Assembly (NCBI GenBank): GCA_002633005.1 | Contig: NMRA01000121.1 | Span: 261,000-324,999, forward strand | DNA: 64,000 nt | From: Phoronis australis | Taxonomy: Eukaryota > Animalia > Phoronida | Direction of reading: 5' to 3' | In this document: in pieces, positions 52,301 to 61,300 of the stretch | Numbering within the stretch: the stretch's first letter is position 1 | Layout: each line of letters opens with the position of its first letter | The notes under the pieces: model-generated | Told to the model about the DNA's origin: nothing | Seen by the model: the letters and a program-made list of their open reading frames with translations, nothing else | The model's database searches: none | Translations under genes and position numbers: made by a program

Positions 52301-55300
52301 CATCAACATCACTAGAGTCGACGTCCATTGACTGGAAGTGGTGACTCTTATCCTTCACAGTCAGCCAAAGCTGCAAGCACAAAGTATAAATTATTAAATC
52401 AATTTCCAGAAATTCATTCAAGTTTCGCAAAAAAGTTGTGTTTTTTGCCCAAAGGGACTTGGACAAATCAGTGAGAATGCATCAAAAATGCACACTGTAT
52501 TGAAAATATCATTCACCACTTTGTACAAAAAATTTCAAAAGATCACTGGCATGTCAGATCTGGATCTCACATTTACAGCAAGAATGATATGACGAACATC
52601 CAAATAGCTTTCACTTTCATTTAGCATAATGATGCATTTTGAGATTAATGACGATAGTCAAACGCCATTAATCATTACAAAGTAAACAATAATACGAAAC
52701 TAGTAAACCATTACTCTATACCCTTGCTAAATGACATGTTAATGACAACTGAACTAAACAACAGCAATGCGTCGAGCACTGATATTTACCCAGAGTGCAT
52801 TGCGAATGGTATGTTTCTAGGGGTGCTATCATTTTCATGCAAAGTACAAGGAGACAATAATTGGACCAATAGGGGGAGTTGCGATAGTCAGAAATGATAA
52901 AAGGTATTGCAATCTCAGCTTTTAAAACTAACATCAAATCAAATAAGTTTAAAAAATAAAGTTTTTATCATTTATAACAAAGAAATAAGACACGTCACAA
53001 AGAAACACAGCACTAGGCATCCAAAAACAAGCAGGTCTAGTTTACTTTTCCATGAGGTTTGGCAGATGCAAATACGGCAACAAAATGACATAATGGCCAA
53101 ACCACTTGTTGGAATTTGCTCAGAACCGGCAACTGATATCTCCAAAATAGAACGACCACTAGGTAGAACAACAGTTGTCATGACTGCCTAGAAATCATGA
53201 AGTATCCGAACATTGCCTTTACATACCTCTGCGTCAAAGTTTCATTGGAATCTGTCCATTGCTTTTCTAGACGTCATCCAGAAACACTCTTCTCCCAAAA
53301 AACCCAATAAGCACCTTGTCAAGAACAAAATGGCCACTAGCATGTGCAGCAGAGATGAAATTCATCCAAAAAGCAACTTTGGGTGGAGTATTGCCATCAG
53401 ATGTCTCTGTGCTAAGTGAGTTTCATTGAAATCTATCAATCAGTTTTCCAGATATCTAGAACGCTTTTCCCAAAAATACTGAAATGCCCTGCCCCTGGTC
53501 CCAGGGCAAGGACACATTGAAAAGAGGCCTGCACTGCTTTAATGTGCCAAATTTCATAAAAGGCCTGCCCCTATGGCCCTAAAGGGCATGGGACAGATTG
53601 ATAAGTGACATGCAACCTTCTAGTGATGCCCTACGCAGTTGCGTCAAATTTCATCAAGATTCAACCAGGGGTTTTTGAGATATTGAGTGTAAACCCGGAC
53701 AGAATGACGACATTATGCGATCATGCTATGTGGGTGCATAAAAAGGTTCTGCCACATTATGCTTCGGGGCAAGTAACCACTAAAATTCACTCAACACTCG
53801 AATCCAAAATTGAACAAATTTGGTATATCACTCGAAGTATGTCACGCGTTTGGTCCAACCTTGAGTCGAGTTTTGTGCAAAGCTCGATGGGCTCGAGCCC
53901 CTGAACAAGATAATTTATCCAATTTTACCTGATTTGGCTTTTTGCTTTCAATCGCTTGAATGTCAAGGAAGTGGAACGTCATTTCAACCTAGAAAATAAT
54001 AAATCACAAGTTACCCGACTGCAAGATTAATGACAACTTAAAGTCCTTGGATCAGGGAACAAAGTCGATAACTTCCAAAAAAGATTACTATAAAGAGGCA
54101 GGAATGGAACAATTAAAATAACACAAAGACAAAAGGGAAGCACAAATAACAAAAAATTAATTAAAAATAAAATTGAATGCAACCAATAACTGATAGTGAA
54201 GCAATACAATCAACAGTACTTCTGAGGACTGAGAAGCCGTCCGAACCATATTCATTAATGAGTTGATGCCCGTGCAACCAAGAATCTTACTCACGAATTT
54301 CTAAACAAGGTTTCAAATTCCATCGTTGCACTGGGCTTAGCATGAACTCGTTAATTCAGTTTCTCAACAGAACCATCCAGAGAGTTAACCCGAGAGATGC
54401 AAGAAGCCCTTCAGGGGGGTTTGACATAGTTTCAATTTAAAAATGAATTTTTTAGAATTTCATATCTTGTATGAAGACTTTGGTCTTTGCATGTTACATA
54501 TTTGCAAAAAATGTGGGCATCACTGAATGAGCTGTTCTGTAACTGTTGCCTAAAGAAAGGCACCTTTAGCAAAAATGTAGAATTTATACGAGTTACTGAA
54601 AAGCCACCTCTAATCACGTTAATGATTTAAAATCAGTTTAATTTCATTGTCAGTTTTATGATGTGAGGACTTTAATCAATATATTTCCCGATTTACTGGT
54701 TGCGCTACGCTGGCATTAGTAAACAGTTTTTTTTTTGGATTTTGAGCAACTCAAATTTTAACATTTTGCCTTCAACACAGAAAGATACACCATTGAATTT
54801 TTATCTTTTAACGTTATATTTTGATGCCATTGCATTTTTTATGAAATAAGAAGACAAAACTTTAAAAGCTATTTTAGCTCAAACCGCACCACATAAGAAT
54901 TAAGTCATATCTAATGTTTACACTTGGCTTTCCTATTGCTTAGTATGATGGCATTGTCGACTTTGATGTCGCGCCATTATCAAATGCCAAAAATCTTTAA
55001 TAATAAGTTAATCAATCTCATAAAGTGACCGCTTTATTGACTTTTTGGCAAACTATGTCAAACCCCCTTAATACTGAAAGTTTTGAAGCTGCAGTGAATT
55101 TGAAAAAAAGGAGCAAAGTTGAGTGCAAAAAAGCACCGAGTATAAGCAATTTGCAAGTTCTTGAACATTTGCATTATATCATGTTAAAAACCAAGTAATG
55201 CATATAACCAAACACATAAAAGGTAACGCAACATCACATACAGTAAAATATCACCAATATTGGACTAAAATAATGGCCAGAACTGATCATGTTTTATATT

Positions 55301-58300
55301 TCAACTTTGTTTAGAATAACCATATTACGTACTCAAGACTTCGCCTGACGCCAAGCTATTTAATGAAACTTAAAACACGTAAAGCGTTGATATGGTGTTT
55401 GCTGTCTTTTACGAAAAAATTGGAAATAAAATTCTACTCCTCCACCATATTGTGTCCTAAATTTGTAAGATTTCACCGTACGCATGTTTCTCCGTTTCAG
55501 AATAAGTGAGCGCATGAATTCATGACAGACAGTTTTCAGAGGTGTGGATAATGTTCAAGAATAATAGATGCAGTAAAGACACTAGCAGCTATGACTCTGG
55601 ACAGACAGTATGTAGCATGCGGGCTATGACACTGGTAGACAGAGGAGGGCTAGACATGACATAGAGATACATGCCTCCCAAGGCATATCGGAGATCTGCA
55701 AGAGTCCAATAAGTTATGACAGGTCACAAAATCAATATAAATCACAAGTAAAAAACACAATGCACCATAAAATTTTTGCAACGTAAATATGTGTACAAAT
55801 CGAAGGTATTCAAAGAAATTAAACCATGGCCATACTTAAGGGTATCACCATTCAAACCATCTGCAAATTAACATTAGCCAGTAACATGGTCACTAAATTT
55901 CATGACGATCCTTCTTGATATCGAGACAGGAGAAAATACTAGTGAATCTAACTTATAATTAGGGAGACAAATCTTCGTCTTTCAATTAACCTTCATTCTT
56001 TGAAATTGTACAACTGGCGACAAAAATGAGGAGTTCCATATGGTTGAAAACACACACTGACAGGGTCACATATCAGTAACAGACTTTCTGGTATCAGATA
56101 GTACAGTGAAGTTAGTGATCAGTATTACCAGCTGATCCATAACAAAAGACAGGACACCAATGTTCAGCAACATGCATGGCATTCTAGTGATCACAGATAC
56201 ATTCACTACAGTAGTTCTATGACGGACACTTGGCCTGCCCTTCTTGACCAGACACAGGAGAACAGTACAAGATAAAGAAGATTCGATGGTGACAACATAA
56301 GACTTCTTACAGACTTGTAACATCATGATTCATTTCTTATTCTCAAGCAAAATGTTAAAGTTTGTCTATAACAAAATAAAGTACCGATAGTTCTTCTACT
56401 GTGACAACTTTCATTTTTGACTATACCAAAAATGCCATTTCCCCCGAAATCAATCAGACCTGTAATTTACTTAGAATTGGTCGATTGAATCCTTAATCAA
56501 GCAAAATGACGTAAAAATAACCGGAAATGACAAAAAGAGATAAAATATTGTAAACCTTAACCAGCACGATTACTGGAAAGATGTCCAAACCGAATATTGA
56601 TAATTTAACAATTTGTGGCGTTTGTAAAATAGTAATGAAGTATGGAGGACAGAGTTGTACAAAGCTGACAGCACCAACCAATGACTGCATAGAACATGAA
56701 GCCCTGACATAACCGTGCTGTGACTGTGACAAGACAGATGAAGCGGTCATTACATGTCCCCATATAGTTACATTTAGTCTGATGTCCGGCCTCAAATCGC
56801 ATTCTAACTCCTCCGTCGAGCTAGAAAACTCCCTGGACATTTCAACCAGAGATTTCCTGATCTTGGCCAGAGATATCCTAGGCTAGAAATCAAACACTTT
56901 CAGGATTAAAAGGTGGTCAATTTTTCCATTTTCATTTGATGTAACTTCACAGGGGATGCAAAAACAAAAACTAAAGCCAGCTTCTGGACTCTGAATCTAT
57001 TACCCAGTTTACACAACAAATTTTTGTGTCAGTTTGAAGAACGTCTTTACAGTACAGGATTAACTGTAATCAGTTCAAGCCAAACCTGCTAGAGGGGTGT
57101 ATTCAAGCTGAATTACCAAGTCTCAGTCGATACTAGTACCTACCGTAAACGTTCGGGTTAACGCCCATGCTCAGTTAACCGCCCACCCCCTACTTTAGGT
57201 GGATTTTCGATTTAACCGCCCACTGCTCGGTTAACCGCCCTCCCCCGATTTTTTGGATTCGCCAATTTAACCGCCCAGGGCGTTAACCCGAACGATTACG
57301 GTATGTTGTAAGTGTAAACAGGCAAGCGCATCGTAACGAATCCTTCGACTATTTTCCTGCACATTTTTTTGTGCCAGTGACGCATGTTTTTCTCAAGACA
57401 CGATACACGATTACGTATAGACAAACAATACCGAAATGGCAACTGGAAAGAGGGAGAGACAATGATGCTACTCAAGATCTCAAGTGACATCAGTCTTTTC
57501 TGCAAAGGTAGCAAGATTGTTTAGCGGAATATAAAAATCTCAGTATTTAAATCGACTTGGTCTTGGTAGTGTAGACGAACTGATTTGAGCTGGTCGGGAG
57601 TAATCAGTTGTGAAGCGCAAAGGCAGAGATGTAGCAACTTCAAACATAGGGCTACATGGACTTAAACTAACTTAAAGTCAACCTGAATTAATAGTGTAAA
57701 TAGGGTAATTGTTATAACCCAATATGCTAGGAAGTACAGTCAATCAGTTGCTGCTATGCCACTTAGTTTGTAGAATGTTATATGTTCACACTAAAATGGT
57801 AAAACTATGGTATTGCGATTGTCTGACGGGCAAAATCCTGGCAAATGCTCTGTCCTGGCCTCCTCTAACTCAAAATACTGGATTCGCCCCTGCCAAGGAC
57901 TGAATTTCTATGAAAGTATCATGTAATAGTAGACCCATAAAGCCATGTATTTCGAGAAAAATTTATACTATTATGTGCACAAAAACAATGCCCAGATGTT
58001 CATATCATATAATTGCGTTTTCTCTAAAAATCATGATTTTTTCATGGAGAATGCAGTATTTTACACAAACTAAGATCTTTTTAAAACTTGCAATTTCTGA
58101 TACTTTAATAAATTAGCTACAAAAGCAAATGTTAATTGTCTTGATTTTCTTAGTCTGTTAGCCTGAGAGCTTGGCTGCCAAAAATCAAGACTTCTGTTTT
58201 CAAGGTACAATGAACTCTCCACTGTTTACAGGAGAGTTCTCAGGCCTTAAAAGAAAACCCCAAACACAACTTTTGTATTGAACAAAATAAATACACAAAA

Positions 58301-61300
58301 TTTCCAAGTTTCCTGCCAAAAACTGCGACGAAAATTATAGCAATCTCCAGGAAAGTTGGAGATAAAAAATGCACCGACATAAATGTGAACATCTGTGCAT
58401 TACTTATGTAATGATTTTTGATCTAGAAATTCAATCATTCATCATGAAGGTAGCCAATTTTGGTAAATCTCACCACATTCAGACAAAGAAATGTAAAACT
58501 TGCACTTTTTTAACCTAAGGCTTCAAACATTGTTTGAATGCTCACAATGTTTCAAAATATTTTCCGTTGGTAGCTGTGGTACAGAACTTAGGTATGGCAA
58601 CTTTTTACACCTGGGCGCCATATTTAACTGGTGATTTTGCCGTACCTTACAAAGTCAGCGATTTATGTGTAAAAATGGAATGAGGAAAATGTAAACTTTA
58701 GGCATCTGTAATTTACAAGGGACCTCCCATAAATTCCAGTTTCACTATCTATTGATCCAAGCTGATATCATTGCACTTCCTGGTTGTAACACAACAGAAA
58801 TAACACAACTGAACCACTCTCATTTACACAACTGAGAACTTTGACCTCAGGTTCAACATGCATTGTGTTATCATTCTGTAGAGCTGCATGGACTCATGCC
58901 AGTTTTGTTTCCTTGGCTAATATGAGAGCAGATGAGGGACAAAATAGGTGGCAGACCAGGTTGATAGTTTCAACTCATTCACTTATTACCATAACAACCT
59001 TTGATGATCCAGTGTGTCACTGCTCTGCAACGCCACATATTGTAACCATATGGCCATCCCAACACCAACACTAATTTTGTCCCTTCCATGGCAGTGACAG
59101 GGTCAATCCAATTAGTTAAAAATGCAATCTCTGATGGTAGATGTAGCTCCTCCTTTGTGTTATGGGATGGGAGGGGGGGTGATCACGTCCCTCCAGTAAG
59201 TGAAACGTTAGAACTTGTAGGGATCTTTGACCCCATTTCTATCCCTCTTAGAATGCAAAAATCGACTAGGTCAATCACCATAGCCAACCAATGCATTATA
59301 TATGGTGAGACATGCTCCACCCATCCTGTAGTCATGAATTCTGTCACTCATCTGCTGCCATAAAGCTCAGGGTCCATCACACAAACGCACTGGAGTTTTA
59401 AACATTTTCAGTTCAGGACACAGTACAGGCAAAGATATTATAAAATCTTTAGTACAGGGGAAAAGGGATTTTTTCAAATTTATCACAAAACGTAATCGTT
59501 CGGGTTAACGCCCATGCTCAGTTAACCGCCCACCCCCTACTTTAGGTGAATTTCGATTTAACCGCCCACTGCTCGGTTAACCGCCCCCCTGCTATTTTTG
59601 AAGATTTCCAATTAACCGCCCACTGCTCGGTTAACCGCCCATCCCCTACTTTTGACGATTGGTGATTACCGCCCTGTGCTAATAGGAAACGCGAATCCCC
59701 GACCTTTTAGATTAAGATCGATGATAACATTGAGTGCAACGACGGCCTCAGAGACCGCGGTTTAGCAATGTGAATTATGATACCAGTAACAAATTATTGT
59801 AACGGGTCATCGATTAACTTCAAAATGTAATACTTGAACACTTTGTCACTTTCTTTTCTTCTCATGTTCGCAAACTTTAGGAACCGCGCTGGCGTCTACA
59901 NGAAATCATATTAAAGGGACAGAATGCTTATATAGCCCTTCATTGCATGCAACTATCTCCAATTTGTATTGCGTGAAATTTAGGAAATATGTACCACACC
60001 ACGTAGAAAGCCTTTGAGAAAAAAGGAAAATGTCAATTTTAACAAAATAAAGAATTGTGTTCCCAATTCACTTGTTCAAAAGGAAAAAAAATCAGTCATT
60101 ACCGAGCATGCAGAACATTACCAATTTTCTGTTCAACGAAAAAAAAAAACGCCCAAGGGGATGAAACTGCAAGTTTTTCACTTGAAGGTATGTTGCTCAT
60201 TTCATTTTCAGTTCTTGCCAATTATGCATTGTTTGTAAAGGCCATGACTTTCATTTGCATCCTCCCAGAATGAGATTTCTTAATTTTGGCGACCTCAGAT
60301 CCCCTGTTTGGCAATCTCGGAATTTCTACAGGTGGATAAGGCTAACCCTGGAGCCCTGTATTGGAAAAACAAATTGTTTAGAAATTACATATTTATCACC
60401 AAGAATACCAGGAAGGCAGTAATGATTATTAATCATTCCCAAGAGAACTTTGAAGACCAAGCAGCAGCCCATTGAGCCCAGTATAAACAATCTGCATGGA
60501 TGGTCAGTCATCCCATCAACCTCAGGCTGGGAAGTCAGGCCAATAACGAGCAACCAAGGAGACTCAGTGATGGGCCTTGTCTGGCCTTGTCTGCACTCTC
60601 TCAATTCATTGGTGTACAATATCAGTACCACTGCCACAGAGATGTTCCAACACCATTTTTAGAGCTTCGAAATTTTGTATGAAGTCATACACTATCCTCC
60701 AAGTGTGTAGACAATGGTTCAGAAATCATAGTCAAAGAAAAATGGAAAAAGTTATTACACGTTGAGAATAATGGTCAATGACAACTATGGAAATTCTGTT
60801 TAAGACAACTATAATTGGTAAAATTAGTGTCAAAAGTGACCACATTGTTGTGAATACTCAAAATTTTACCATTTTTTTTCTGTGGCATGTTAACTTTCCT
60901 TTATTTTGTTTAGACATTTGATCATAAAACATTCCATGTGTGTAAATTTTTACTGTACAATGAATTTGACTTTTTCAAATACCATATTTCACCAAACTCC
61001 ATTGGTAAAATAAGTCGTGGCAACACTGGCTAAATTGTGATACCAACCTTTACCAGAAATGTGGCAGAGTAATATTATATACATGAGGTCTGTGGGGAAA
61101 TAGTTCATCAAAAGAGGACTCAAACTGAGATACAATTGTATGCAAGCAGGGCGTACACTTTTGTATCCTTGTGTACTTATTGATGTATGCGCACCTTGAA
61201 ACACACCCAAGGTCAGTTTCTGTTTCAGTGGTAAAATGATGACACATTCAATTGAGTGTTCACATCTGTGAAGATCCAACTATATTCTCTATAGTAAATA

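Noticed and set aside
58841-59363. Coding-like, slightly GC-richer stretch in the large intron
   Set aside because: Not needed for the CARMIL frame, has stops in candidate frames and shows no recognisable domain.
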